Source of the DNA: an uncultured Bacilli bacterium
GTDB taxonomy: Bacteria > Bacillota_I > Bacilli_A > RFN20 > CAG-826
Length of the DNA: 64,000 nt
NCBI GenBank assembly: GCA_944363525.1
Contig: CALVUF010000003.1
Span: 173,776 to 237,775 of the forward strand
Reading direction: 5' to 3'
The notes under the pieces were generated by a model. It saw only the letters and a program-made list of their open reading frames with translations. It was not told the DNA's origin and did no database searches. Of the stretch, positions 35,734 through 44,972 are shown one piece after another. Position 1 is the first letter of the stretch; every line of letters starts with the position of its first letter. A program made the position numbers and the translations under genes.

Positions 35734-36288
35734 ATGGAAGAGAATTCCGGGGTCAGGATGGACAAGCAGGCGGTTGTTAAGCTTGCCTACCGTTTTGGCG
35801 TGACGGTCAAACTGATCGAGGATGAGTATTATCCCCTCTGTCAGGGCAAGAAGCCGCCTTCCCGGGGATTCGGGGAGATTTTCTCCTTATTGTATTTATC
35901 GCTTCCCCATATCCGGCAGGACCAGTCGTTATTGGATTACCTCCCCTCCTTGGCCCTAGAAGCCTATGACACCGGACGGCTCGAATCCGATGGCTATGTC
36001 TACCGTTTCCCGGCCGAACTGACTCCCTTAGGGACGATGGCTTCCCTCTACATCGCCCTTTATTGGGGTTTAGAGCATCATGATGAGTCCTTCTCCCATT
36101 TGAACTATATTTTCTCCTTGGCTTATGAGCTTGAGCGTTCCGCCGAGGATGGCTTCGCCTTAAAAGAGGACGAAGAAGGGTACGTCGAGAAGACGAAATT
36201 GGCGTTGGCCGCCACCGAAGGCGACCGGGGAAAGCTCTATTCTTCAATCGATAAGCAGATCACTTCCTTAAGGAAGGTCCGGGCCTAA
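35734..36288 (+). CDS. Hypothetical protein (184 aa)
   Basis: Continuous ORF flanked by a promoter and a terminator. No recognizable motif. Confidence 0.6.
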   Translation: MEENSGVRMDKQAVVKLAYRFGVTVKLIEDEYYPLCQGKKPPSRGFGEIFSLLYLSLPHIRQDQSLLDYLPSLALEAYDTGRLESDGYVYRFPAELTPLGTMASLYIALYWGLEHHDESFSHLNYIFSLAYELERSAEDGFALKEDEEGYVEKTKLALAATEGDRGKLYSSIDKQITSLRKVRA

Positions 36289-36298
36289 GCAAAAGAAT

Positions 36299-36331
36299 TT
36301 AGCACTCAACACTTGCGAGTGCTAATTTTTT
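36299..36331 (+). terminator. Rho-independent terminator
   Basis: ttagcactc/gagtgctaa 9-bp stem, a 9-nt loop, then TTTTTT. Confidence 0.8.
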
Positions 36332-36369
36332 CGTTATAGTTTATCCGGACAAAGGAGGTGCGAAAGAAC

Positions 36370-38493
36370 ATGAATATGCAAGAAACCGGTCCGGTCGATT
36401 ACGCCAACGACCCCAACGTCTTGGAGAAATTCGGCCGGAATGTCTGCGATGCCGTCCGGGAAGGCAAACTCGACCCCGTCATCGGGCGGGATGAGGAAAT
36501 CCGCAAAGTCATTCAGGTCTTGGCCCGGAAGACCAAGAACAACGTCGTCTTACTCGGCGAGCCGGGCGTCGGCAAAACCGCCATCGTCGAAGGCTTGGCC
36601 GAACGGATCGTCAAAAACGATGTCCCGACCTCCTTGCAGGGCAAGGAAGTCTATGAGCTCGACATGGGGGCCCTGGTCGCCGGGGCCAAATACCGGGGCG
36701 AATTCGAGGAACGTTTAAAGGCGGTCCTTAACAAAATCAAGGAGACCAATGGCAAGACCATCCTCTTCATCGATGAGATTCATCTGATCGTCGGGGCCGG
36801 CAAAGCCGATGGGGCCCTTGACGCCTCGAATATGCTGAAGCCGATGCTCGCCCGGGGCGAGATCAGCTGCATCGGGGCCACCACCCTCAATGAGTACCGG
36901 GAATACATCGAGAAGGACCGGGCCCTGGAACGGCGTTTCCAGCCGGTCATGGTCGGGGAACCAAGCGTGGCCGACACCATCTCGATCCTCCGCGGCTTGA
37001 AAGAAAGATTCGAATCCTATCATGGGGTAAGGATCACCGATGGGGCTTTAGTAAGCGCCGCCACCCTCTCGAACCGTTATATCACCAACCGTTTTCTCCC
37101 CGATAAGGCCATCGACCTTCTCGATGAGGCTTGCGCCTCGATTAAGGTCGAGATCGAATCGATGCCGACCGAGCTTGACGAGGCCAATCGGAAGATCCGC
37201 CAGTTGGAGATCGAACGGGTGGCCTTAGCCAAGGAAAAAGACGAGTCGAGCCAGAAACGGCTTTCGGCCCTTGATGAGGAATTGAACGCCGAGAAGGCCA
37301 AATTTGATTCCTTAAAGGCCGAATGGGATAAGGAGAAAGCCTCGGTCAATGAGGCCAAGGAGCTGAAGAAGCAACTAGAGAAAGCCAAATTCGACCTCTC
37401 CAATAAGTTCGCTTCCGGCGATTACCAGGAGGCCTCGAGGCTCCAATACCAAGTAATTCCTTCGTTAGAGTCCAAACTCAACGCCACCTTGAAGGAGAAC
37501 TCGGGGGCCGACCGCTTAGTCAACGAAGTGGTTGACGAGCAGGAGATCGCCAATATCGTCTCCCGCATGACCGGGATCCCGGTCTCGCGGATCGCCAAAG
37601 GCGACCGGGAGAAGGTGTTGGAACTCAAATCGACCTTGGAGAAACGGGTCATCGGGCAGGAGGAGGCCATCACCTTGGTGAGCAATGCCATTCTCCGTCA
37701 ACGGGCCGGGATCAAAAACCCCAACCGCCCGATCGGCTCCTTCCTCTTCCTAGGCCCGACCGGGGTCGGCAAGACCGAGGTCAGCAAAGCCTTAGCCGAA
37801 GCCTTATTCGACAACGAGAACAACATCATCCGGATCGATATGTCCGAGTATATGGAAAAGTACTCGGTCTCCCGCCTCATCGGCGCCCCGCCGGGATATG
37901 TCGGTTATGAAGAAGGGGGGCAATTGACCGAGAAGGTCCGCCGGAACCCGTACTCCATCGTTCTCTTCGATGAGATCGAGAAAGCCAACCCGGAGGTGTT
38001 CAACCTCTTGCTCCAGGTGCTCGACGAAGGCCGATTGACCGATAGCCAAGGGCGGCTCGTCGACTTCAAGAACACCGTCATCATCATGACCAGCAACTTA
38101 GGATCGGAATACCTGCTTAAAGGCGAGAAGGCAGCGGTCAAGCAATTATTGGCCCATACCTTCAAGCCGGAGTTCCTCAACCGGATCGATGAGATCGTTT
38201 ACTTCAATCCGTTGTCGAAGGATACCCAGCTGCTTATCGTCGAGAAGATGCTTAAGGAACTGCAAGGACGCTTGGCTGAGCAATACTTCACCGTCGACTT
38301 CACTTCGGAGTTGAAGCATTACGTCCTCGATTCGGCTTATTCGAGCGAATTCGGGGCCCGGCCCTTGAAGCGCTTCATCCAGGACCAAGTCGAGACCGCG
38401 TTAGCGACCGCCATCATCGACGGGACCCTCTCCACCAAGGAGAAATACCTCGTCGATTACGACGGGAAGCAAATCGTCATCAAAAAGGCTTAA
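36370..38493 (+). CDS. clpB: ClpB-type AAA+ disaggregase lacking the N-terminal domain
   Basis: Starts [10 protein letters not shown]...[48 protein letters not shown], which aligns to E. coli ClpB from about residue 150. It has two AAA modules and a long coiled-coil M-domain. GGAGG lies 11 nt upstream of ATG 36370. The ORF-track GTG at 36358 overlaps the ribosome-binding site. Confidence 0.9.
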   Translation: MNMQETGPVDYANDPNVLEKFGRNVCDAVREGKLDPVIGRDEEIRKVIQVLARKTKNNVVLLGEPGVGKTAIVEGLAERIVKNDVPTSLQGKEVYELDMGALVAGAKYRGEFEERLKAVLNKIKETNGKTILFIDEIHLIVGAGKADGALDASNMLKPMLARGEISCIGATTLNEYREYIEKDRALERRFQPVMVGEPSVADTISILRGLKERFESYHGVRITDGALVSAATLSNRYITNRFLPDKAIDLLDEACASIKVEIESMPTELDEANRKIRQLEIERVALAKEKDESSQKRLSALDEELNAEKAKFDSLKAEWDKEKASVNEAKELKKQLEKAKFDLSNKFASGDYQEASRLQYQVIPSLESKLNATLKENSGADRLVNEVVDEQEIANIVSRMTGIPVSRIAKGDREKVLELKSTLEKRVIGQEEAITLVSNAILRQRAGIKNPNRPIGSFLFLGPTGVGKTEVSKALAEALFDNENNIIRIDMSEYMEKYSVSRLIGAPPGYVGYEEGGQLTEKVRRNPYSIVLFDEIEKANPEVFNLLLQVLDEGRLTDSQGRLVDFKNTVIIMTSNLGSEYLLKGEKAAVKQLLAHTFKPEFLNRIDEIVYFNPLSKDTQLLIVEKMLKELQGRLAEQYFTVDFTSELKHYVLDSAYSSEFGARPLKRFIQDQVETALATAIIDGTLSTKEKYLVDYDGKQIVIKKA

Positions 38494-38502
38494 GGGCCTT
38501 CT

Positions 38503-38534
38503 GCCAAGGGATAGTTCCCTTGGCTTTTCTTTTG
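38503..38534 (+). terminator. Rho-independent terminator
   Basis: gccaaggga/tcccttggc stem with a tagt loop, then ttttcttttg. Confidence 0.8.
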
Positions 38535-38567
38535 CTTCAATATCCTATTCGGTCATTATCCGCTGGG

Positions 38568-38576
38568 TGGTACAAT
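38568..38576 (+). promoter_or_regulatory. Extended -10 TGgTACAAT, 6 nt upstream of ATG 38583 (leaderless candidate)
   Basis: Read directly. No Shine-Dalgarno sequence. Confidence 0.5.
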
Positions 38577-38582
38577 AGCCGC

Positions 38583-39611
38583 ATGGTTACCACTTCCTTG
38601 CTTTCCCAGGCTCGGCGTTCCCGTCCGCGGCTCTATATACCGATACTGGGAATCGTCTTTTTGCTCGTTTTGGGGGCGGGCTTCCTAACCCGTTATATGG
38701 TCGGGAAAGTGGCCTTCCTTGATAATTTATTGCTTAAGATCGATTTCACCGTCCCTTTCCTTGACGTCCATCTTTATGGGCCGGAGCTGATGAATGATTA
38801 CCTCTGGGTCATCTTCTGCCTGCCGGGAACGATCTTGATCTTCGTTTTGACCACCATCATGGCCCACCGGAAGAAAGCCTATTCTTTCCTGGCGGCTCTT
38901 GAGTCTTTGTCTTCCTTCATCGTTTTATTGGCGATGGTCATCATCATCTTGCTCCCGAAGTATTTCAAAGCCGAGTACATGAAGATCGTCTTAGAGGTCT
39001 ACAAGTACGGCCGTTATGCCTTCCTCGGGATCCATGGCTTAGCCTGTGTCTTCGCCTTCTTCGACCCCTGGCTCATCGCATCGAAGTATCGGGAGATATA
39101 CAAGTTACGAAGAGTCCGGCTGATGCGGAGCAAGCAGTACCACAAGGACAAGAAGACGTTTAAGAAGCTGTTCGCTCGGCGGAAGTACCCCGAACTGTGC
39201 GAATTCCTCTATGAGCCTTACATCGATCCGAATTCCAACCTCAAATTGACCCCCTCTGCCATCGAATACCTCGTCTATTCCGGGGCTGAGGCCCGGAAGA
39301 CCTTAGAGACCATCCGGCTGACCCAGATGGCGCGGACTGGCCAGACCACCGGGATGAAGGTCGAGGTGGCGGCCAATAAGGCCGAGGCCAAACGGCTATT
39401 GGGCGACCAATATTACGTCGATCCGAAAACCGTCCCGCCCTTTTTAGCCAAATACGGGAAGAAAGGGCCGGTCGAGGTCACCCCCAATACCCCGAGCAAA
39501 AAGATGCTCAAGAAGATGAGGAAAGCCGAGAAAAAGGCCGAAAAGGAGCGGCGGAAAGTCGCCCATAAGGCTTTGAAGGCGGCCAAGAAGCAGGGGAAGA
39601 TCCGCCCATAA
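38583..39611 (+). CDS. Polytopic membrane protein with a polybasic C-terminal tail
   Basis: Starts MVTTSLL. Six or more transmembrane helices. The tail is KKMLKKMRKAEKKAEKERRKVAHKALKAAKKQGKIRP. The ORF-track start at 38520 lies inside the upstream terminator. Confidence 0.6.
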   Translation: MVTTSLLSQARRSRPRLYIPILGIVFLLVLGAGFLTRYMVGKVAFLDNLLLKIDFTVPFLDVHLYGPELMNDYLWVIFCLPGTILIFVLTTIMAHRKKAYSFLAALESLSSFIVLLAMVIIILLPKYFKAEYMKIVLEVYKYGRYAFLGIHGLACVFAFFDPWLIASKYREIYKLRRVRLMRSKQYHKDKKTFKKLFARRKYPELCEFLYEPYIDPNSNLKLTPSAIEYLVYSGAEARKTLETIRLTQMARTGQTTGMKVEVAANKAEAKRLLGDQYYVDPKTVPPFLAKYGKKGPVEVTPNTPSKKMLKKMRKAEKKAEKERRKVAHKALKAAKKQGKIRP

Positions 39612-39669
39612 TTGGAGTCAACTCGAAAAGGCGCCCTTAAAGTCGCCGTCTTTTTGGGATCATTAGGCC

Positions 39670-40194
39670 ATGTCGATTGGATTAAAGAAGAATACGGTTT
39701 CGCTTGAGCCCCATTCCGATGAATGGGCTGGCCTGGTTTTGCTATTGGCTTATCGGTTTAAGTCGGCGGTCGGCGATTTGCCTTGCAACATCAAGCATAT
39801 CGGCAGCACCGCCCTCCCTATCAAGGCCAAGCCGATCATCGATCTCTTGGTCGGGGTCAAGGACTTCGAGGAGCTTTTTCAATATAACGATCAGCTATCG
39901 GCCAAAGGCTTCGTCTATCGCGGCTCGGACCAGCCGAACCAATACCTTTACGTGGTCTATGACGATAAAGACCCGGAGGTCGTCATCGTCCATGTCCATG
40001 CGGTGAAGGTCCATGGGACCGCTTATCGGCGTTACCTCGCCTTCCGCGATTACCTATTGGACCATCCGGCGGCCGCCAAGCGTTACGAGGAATTGAAAGA
40101 GCAACTGGCCTATCAATACCCGAATGACCGGCAAGCCTATACGGCGGGGAAGAAAGAATTCATCGCCGCCATCTTGAAATCGGCGAAAGTCTAA
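39670..40194 (+). CDS. GrpB/UPF0157 family protein (nucleotidyltransferase fold)
   Basis: HIGSTALPIKAKPIIDLLVGV is the family signature. Confidence 0.75.
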   Translation: MSIGLKKNTVSLEPHSDEWAGLVLLLAYRFKSAVGDLPCNIKHIGSTALPIKAKPIIDLLVGVKDFEELFQYNDQLSAKGFVYRGSDQPNQYLYVVYDDKDPEVVIVHVHAVKVHGTAYRRYLAFRDYLLDHPAAAKRYEELKEQLAYQYPNDRQAYTAGKKEFIAAILKSAKV

Positions 40195-40195
40195 A

Positions 40196-40232
40196 GGAAA
40201 AGGAGGCCGCGGCCTCCGTTTTCTTTTATTCG
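40196..40232. terminator. Bidirectional terminator (perfect 16-bp palindrome GGAGGCCGCGGCCTCC)
   Basis: Palindrome at 40203-40218 with a T-run on both strands. Confidence 0.8.
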
Positions 40233-41998
40233 TTCAATAACGCCTTGAGCTTATCGACCAACTCCTGCATCCGTTTGACGACGGCGAGGAACGGTTCTTT
40301 GGTCGTTAAGTCGACCCCGGCCGCCTTGACCTGCTCGACCGGGTAGGCCGAGCCGCCGCTGCGGAGGAGGTTAATGTAATTGTCGAAGGCCCCGGGGACC
40401 TTGTCCTTCACTTTCTCATATAAGAGCATCGAGGATGTGAAGCTGGTCGCGTATTGATAGACGTAGAATGGGGTATAGAAGAGGTGGGGGATATAAGCCC
40501 AGACTAAGGGTTTGTATTTCTCTTCCTCGATATCGATCCCATAATATCGGAGATAGAGTTCCTTCATTTTGCTGTTGAGGACCGAGTAATTGATTGGTTC
40601 GCCTTTTTCGGCGAGCCTCGCGATATCGCGCTCGAAATGGCCAAAGAGGGTTTGACGGTAGAAAGTCGAGCAGATCTCGTCGATCGATTTCTGGAGGAGG
40701 AAGATTTTATCCTCTTTGCTTAGATCGTCTTTTTCCAAGAGGTAATCGAGGAGGTTATGTTCGTTGAAGGTCGAGGCGATCTCGGCGACGAAGATGGTGT
40801 AATCCTGGGTCGGGAGGGGCTGGCTTTCCTCGGAGTAGAGGGTATGGATCGAATGCCCGGATTCGTGGGCGAGGGTGAAGACGTCGTTCAATTCCCCAAC
40901 GAAGTTGAGGAGGATGTAAGGATGGAAGTCATAGCCCCCATTCGAATAAGCCCCGGTCCGCTTCCCTTCGGAGGGATAGACATCGACGAAGCCGGGCTTT
41001 AAGACCTCATGGGCTTTCTCTTGGAAGTCAGAGGGGAACCATTTGATCGAATCGAAGAAGAGGTCCTTGGCTTCTTCGTAAGTGTATTTCTTGCTCGACT
41101 GAGCTAAGGGAAGGAACCGGTCATAGCTTCGATGTTTGGCTAAGCCTAGGGCTTTCCGCCGAATCTCATAGTATTCCTTTAAGGGACCGGAGTTGGTCGA
41201 GGCGACTTCGATTAACGATTCGAATACCGCCTCGGGGATGGCGTCGCCATGGAGATGGGTATCGAGGATCGATTTATAGCCCCGGGTCTTCATCGTCGCC
41301 AATTGGCTTTGGAGGCCGAGGTTATACATCTCGGCGTAGGTGGTCTTCCGGTCGTCATAATACTTATAGAGGGCCTCGAAGATGAGCTGGCGGTCCTCGG
41401 CCGACTTGGCTTCCTTGATGAGGCTCGACCAATTGGCCATGGTGACGGTGACTTTGCTGCCATCGGATAAAGCCGCTTCGGCTGGTTTCCGGTCGGCCAC
41501 GGTCAAGGCCGAATACAAAGTCCCTTGCTCCCCTTGGATCGGGTTGAAGGCGCTTAATAAACTTTCCTTATCCCCGGATAAAACATGGTCTTTCTTCAAG
41601 AACAGCTTCTGGAAGAAGAAGCGGTAGGGCTCATACTTCGGGTTATCGGATAGGAAGCGCTCGATCTTGTCTTGGCCAAGGGAAAGCATCTCCGGGGCGT
41701 CGAAGGCGGTGGCTTCCGATAAGAGGTTGACCGCGTATTCGACTTTCGAGAGGCGTTCGCTCCGTTTAACGTCTTTCTTGTCGAGGTCGCTGTCCATCGC
41801 GGCGTAGAAATAGATTTTGGCGAAGAGCTTATTGGCCTCCTCGCTTAGATCGAGGTATTCGCCAAGTTTCTCGGCGAGTTTCCCTTGATAGGCTTGGAGT
41901 TTGGCCGGATAGCCTTTGAACTCCTCGAGGGCGGATTCAAACGCGGCTTCGTTTTCGAAGAAGTAGGTCAAATCCCAACTGGTGGTTTGTTTTTCCAT
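40226..41998 (-). CDS. pepF: Oligoendopeptidase F (M3B)
   Basis: HESGHSIH is a HExxH motif. The protein is 590 aa with M3B-typical spacing. Confidence 0.85.
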   Translation of the reverse strand: MEKQTTSWDLTYFFENEAAFESALEEFKGYPAKLQAYQGKLAEKLGEYLDLSEEANKLFAKIYFYAAMDSDLDKKDVKRSERLSKVEYAVNLLSEATAFDAPEMLSLGQDKIERFLSDNPKYEPYRFFFQKLFLKKDHVLSGDKESLLSAFNPIQGEQGTLYSALTVADRKPAEAALSDGSKVTVTMANWSSLIKEAKSAEDRQLIFEALYKYYDDRKTTYAEMYNLGLQSQLATMKTRGYKSILDTHLHGDAIPEAVFESLIEVASTNSGPLKEYYEIRRKALGLAKHRSYDRFLPLAQSSKKYTYEEAKDLFFDSIKWFPSDFQEKAHEVLKPGFVDVYPSEGKRTGAYSNGGYDFHPYILLNFVGELNDVFTLAHESGHSIHTLYSEESQPLPTQDYTIFVAEIASTFNEHNLLDYLLEKDDLSKEDKIFLLQKSIDEICSTFYRQTLFGHFERDIARLAEKGEPINYSVLNSKMKELYLRYYGIDIEEEKYKPLVWAYIPHLFYTPFYVYQYATSFTSSMLLYEKVKDKVPGAFDNYINLLRSGGSAYPVEQVKAAGVDLTTKEPFLAVVKRMQELVDKLKALLNE

Positions 41999-42012
41999 TT
42001 ATTTCATTCCTT

Positions 42013-43185
42013 TCATAACCATAAGGTATTGAACAGCATGTCGTCGAGGTTCCGGTAGAAGGGGTTGTTGAAGGACCCTTTCCCTTCCCAGAACAAGGAA
42101 CGGAAGTAGGCTTTCTCGGCATTGGGTTTCTGGTCGTAAAGCGAGGCCTCGGCGATGATCTTCCGCCCCATCTCCTCGATGCCGTATTCCTTATAGGGAT
42201 CGAGGCCGAATAAGGATGCCACCCGTTCCAAGTTAAGCAAGAAGAAGGCGACTTCGTTTTGGTTTTTCAATCGTTTGGCCCCGGTCGAGAGCTTCTTAAA
42301 GGCTTTGTTCACGAAGCTAGCCCCGAACTTCAATCCTTCTTTGGCGTGCTTCAAAGCCAATGATTCCAAGGCTTTGTTCGGGTGGAAGCAATACTTCTCC
42401 CCCTTATTGATCCCGAGGGCGACCTTGGCGTCGAGATAGCCGAGCTTGATGTTCTTATCGATCATCTCCCGGTTGAAGGAGAGGAAACTCCCTTGATCGC
42501 GCGAGGGGGAGATCATGATGACGTTGGGAAGACGGAAGTATTCCTTCTTTTGGGGCGGGGGGAAGCATTGGAGCTCGATTCCGATGACCTTATCGGCCCC
42601 AAGCTCGAAGCAATAATCGATCGGGACCTCGTTTTTCCATCCCCCGTCGACATAGGACTTTTTCCCGATCTTGCACACCGGGAAGGCGGGGAAGCAGGAA
42701 CAGGAAGCCAAAAGGTAATCCTTCACTTCCTCGGGTTTTAGTTCATTGAGGAGATAATGCTCCTCATTGAATCCGGGATAGGTGCAAGCCACGATCCCCA
42801 TCTTGACTTTGAGGTTCGCCACGTCGATCCCCTCAAGGTTATCCTTGATCATCTTCTTTAAAGGGGTGACGTCGGCCCCGATGTGGTCTTTTAGATAGGA
42901 ACGGAGGAACTTCTGGAACTTCGAGTCTTTCTTTAAGGAAAAAGTATGGGTGATGGGCAAGGCGAAATCGAACCCATCGACGATGACGTCATCGATGGTG
43001 ACCGATTCCCAGACCTTCTTCATTCGGTCCATTCTCGCGGCCGCGAGCAAGGTTCCATTCAAGGCCCCGATCGAGGTGCCGGTGATGACGTCGAAATGGT
43101 ACCCGGCGGACAAGAGGGCTTGAATCGCCCCGTATTCATATCCCCCGAGGCTCCCGCCCCCGCTTAAGGCCAATCCCCATTTCAT
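42013..43185 (-). CDS. Patatin-like phospholipase
   Basis: The N-terminal Gly-rich segment GGGSLGG serves as the oxyanion hole. GTSIGA is the GxSxG nucleophile elbow. Confidence 0.8.
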   Translation of the reverse strand: MKWGLALSGGGSLGGYEYGAIQALLSAGYHFDVITGTSIGALNGTLLAAARMDRMKKVWESVTIDDVIVDGFDFALPITHTFSLKKDSKFQKFLRSYLKDHIGADVTPLKKMIKDNLEGIDVANLKVKMGIVACTYPGFNEEHYLLNELKPEEVKDYLLASCSCFPAFPVCKIGKKSYVDGGWKNEVPIDYCFELGADKVIGIELQCFPPPQKKEYFRLPNVIMISPSRDQGSFLSFNREMIDKNIKLGYLDAKVALGINKGEKYCFHPNKALESLALKHAKEGLKFGASFVNKAFKKLSTGAKRLKNQNEVAFFLLNLERVASLFGLDPYKEYGIEEMGRKIIAEASLYDQKPNAEKAYFRSLFWEGKGSFNNPFYRNLDDMLFNTLWL

Positions 43186-43270
43186 ACCCTCGAATTATCG
43201 CATAAGCTGGACGGTTGTAAACGAGGAATCGTTTGGTTTTGTTCCCTTTTATGGACTATCTTATAGCCGT

Positions 43271-43990
43271 ATGGAATATAAACTCATCGCCCCCGATACC
43301 TATAAGCTCATCGAACCGGGGCCGGCCGGCCGGGTCAATATGTATTTGCTCCTTGGGAAGGAGAGAGCCCTTTTGATCGATTCCGGTTATGGTAAGGCCG
43401 ATCTAAAGTCCACGGTCGAGCGGTTAACCAACTTACCGGTCATCCTCTATAACACCCATGGTCATCCCGACCATGCCTTAGGCTCCTATGCCTTCGACGC
43501 TTATTTACGGAAAGAGGATGAGGACATCTATCTATCGGCCACCGAACCCCAATACGGTATCAGACGGGCGGCGATGAAAGAGCTCCCCTTAGGCGAATTG
43601 GACTTAGGGGGTCGGAAGGTCTTGGTTATCTTGACTCCCGGCCATACCCAGGGCTCGATCTGCGTCCTCGACCCCTTAGCCAAGATGGCTTTCGTCGGCG
43701 ATACCATCAACCCGGGCGAAGTCTGGCTGGGTCTTCAGGAATCAACCGGGGTGGGGCAATACCTTGAATCCTTATTAACCTTGCAAAAGGCCTGCGAAAG
43801 ATTGGAAATCGCCTATATCCAGTCCGGCCATTCAGCCAAGCCGATGAACATGAATAAGCTCGCAAACCTCATTCATTTATCCCGGAATATCCTATCCGGC
43901 AAAACCAAAGGGAAAGCGGTTAACGAAGGGCTTTGCCAAGGGCATCGGGCGACCTATAAATACAATTGCATAATTTACCGCGATCTATGA
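43271..43990 (+). CDS. MBL-fold metallo-hydrolase
   Basis: Contains the HGHPDH (HxHxDH) motif. Confidence 0.8.
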   Translation: MEYKLIAPDTYKLIEPGPAGRVNMYLLLGKERALLIDSGYGKADLKSTVERLTNLPVILYNTHGHPDHALGSYAFDAYLRKEDEDIYLSATEPQYGIRRAAMKELPLGELDLGGRKVLVILTPGHTQGSICVLDPLAKMAFVGDTINPGEVWLGLQESTGVGQYLESLLTLQKACERLEIAYIQSGHSAKPMNMNKLANLIHLSRNILSGKTKGKAVNEGLCQGHRATYKYNCIIYRDL

Positions 43991-44334
43991 AACTCGACCT
44001 TTCCTCTTTGACCAATGACCCCTCGCCCTTAGTCAAGCGGGCCGAGGAGGTTTTTCGTTCAGGCAAGGTGTTTAGCCTTCGTCGCGACGGGAATGCTTTC
44101 TTTGCCCGGGTCGAAGGGAAAAGCAAAGCCAGCTACCCGGTGACCATCCACATCGATGGGAATGGCCGAATGGATAGCTATAGTTGCGACTGCGAAGCGT
44201 CGCGCCGCTACCCGGGCCCGTGCAAGCATGTGGTGGCGGCTTTATTCGCCATAAAAGAAAAGTACGCCGAGCCCGAGGGACTCGACGACGATTCCGGGTT
44301 TTACAGCGATATCGATTATTCGGATTTGTTTTAG
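43966..44334 (+). CDS. SWIM zinc-finger protein (122 aa)
   Basis: CDCEASRRYPGPCKHV is a CxC...CxH SWIM motif. It overlaps the upstream gene by 25 nt. Confidence 0.55.
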   Translation: MHNLPRSMKLDLSSLTNDPSPLVKRAEEVFRSGKVFSLRRDGNAFFARVEGKSKASYPVTIHIDGNGRMDSYSCDCEASRRYPGPCKHVVAALFAIKEKYAEPEGLDDDSGFYSDIDYSDLF

Positions 44335-44972
44335 TCGCGCCGCTTCTTGAGGTTCCGCCATAAGATCATGATGATCTCAATCGGGACCCCGGCCACCATC
44401 AATAACCATAAATCATCCCGTTGGGTACCGAGTGGTATGACGATTAATAGGGCCCATAAGGCGCAGGAAGCGAGGATCAAGGTCCCTAAGGAATTATGGT
44501 AGAAAAGATGGGTCTCGGCCGCCATTAGGAACAGGCCGATCGGGATCATCCAGAGGAACACCGGCCATAAGCCGTTTTTGTCTATGCTCTCATCGGTGAA
44601 GAAATAACGCGAGAAGAAGACGGCGATGGCGATGAGGATCAAGACGGCCAAGGTCATGGCCATGATGGTCGGCCGGTTGACGTCTTTGGGCTGGACCGAG
44701 GCGGTCTCCTTGACTTCCTCCTCCTGGTGCTCGCTGACTAAGAAATCGAGGGTCACCCCGTAGAAGGAGGCAAAATCCAAAAGGATGTCGACGCTTGGCA
44801 AAGCATAGCCTAATTCCCATTTAGAGATCGATTTGTCGGAATAATTGATTTGCCGGGCGAGATCCTGCTGGGTCATCCCTTTGGCTTTCCGAAGGGTTTG
44901 CAGATTCTTGCCGACGACGGCGGGAAGGTTTTCCATAGGCGATATTTTGTCCTTTTCTAGCCCCTTAATCAA
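44331..44972 (-). CDS. Membrane-tethered XRE-family HTH regulator (HTH plus 4 TM)
   Basis: LRKAKGMTQQDLARQINYSDKSISKWELG is an XRE helix-turn-helix, followed by four hydrophobic helices. The start is either a TTG at 44972 overlapping the upstream stop, or the ATG at 44936. Confidence 0.7.
   Translation of the reverse strand: MIKGLEKDKISPMENLPAVVGKNLQTLRKAKGMTQQDLARQINYSDKSISKWELGYALPSVDILLDFASFYGVTLDFLVSEHQEEEVKETASVQPKDVNRPTIMAMTLAVLILIAIAVFFSRYFFTDESIDKNGLWPVFLWMIPIGLFLMAAETHLFYHNSLGTLILASCALWALLIVIPLGTQRDDLWLLMVAGVPIEIIMILWRNLKKRRD

Noticed and set aside
36358-36369. ORF-track GTG start for clpB, and the analogous GTG at 59599 for the CarD-like gene.
   Set aside because: The GTG overlaps the GGAGG ribosome-binding site itself. 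An ATG at canonical spacing follows (36370; 59605).
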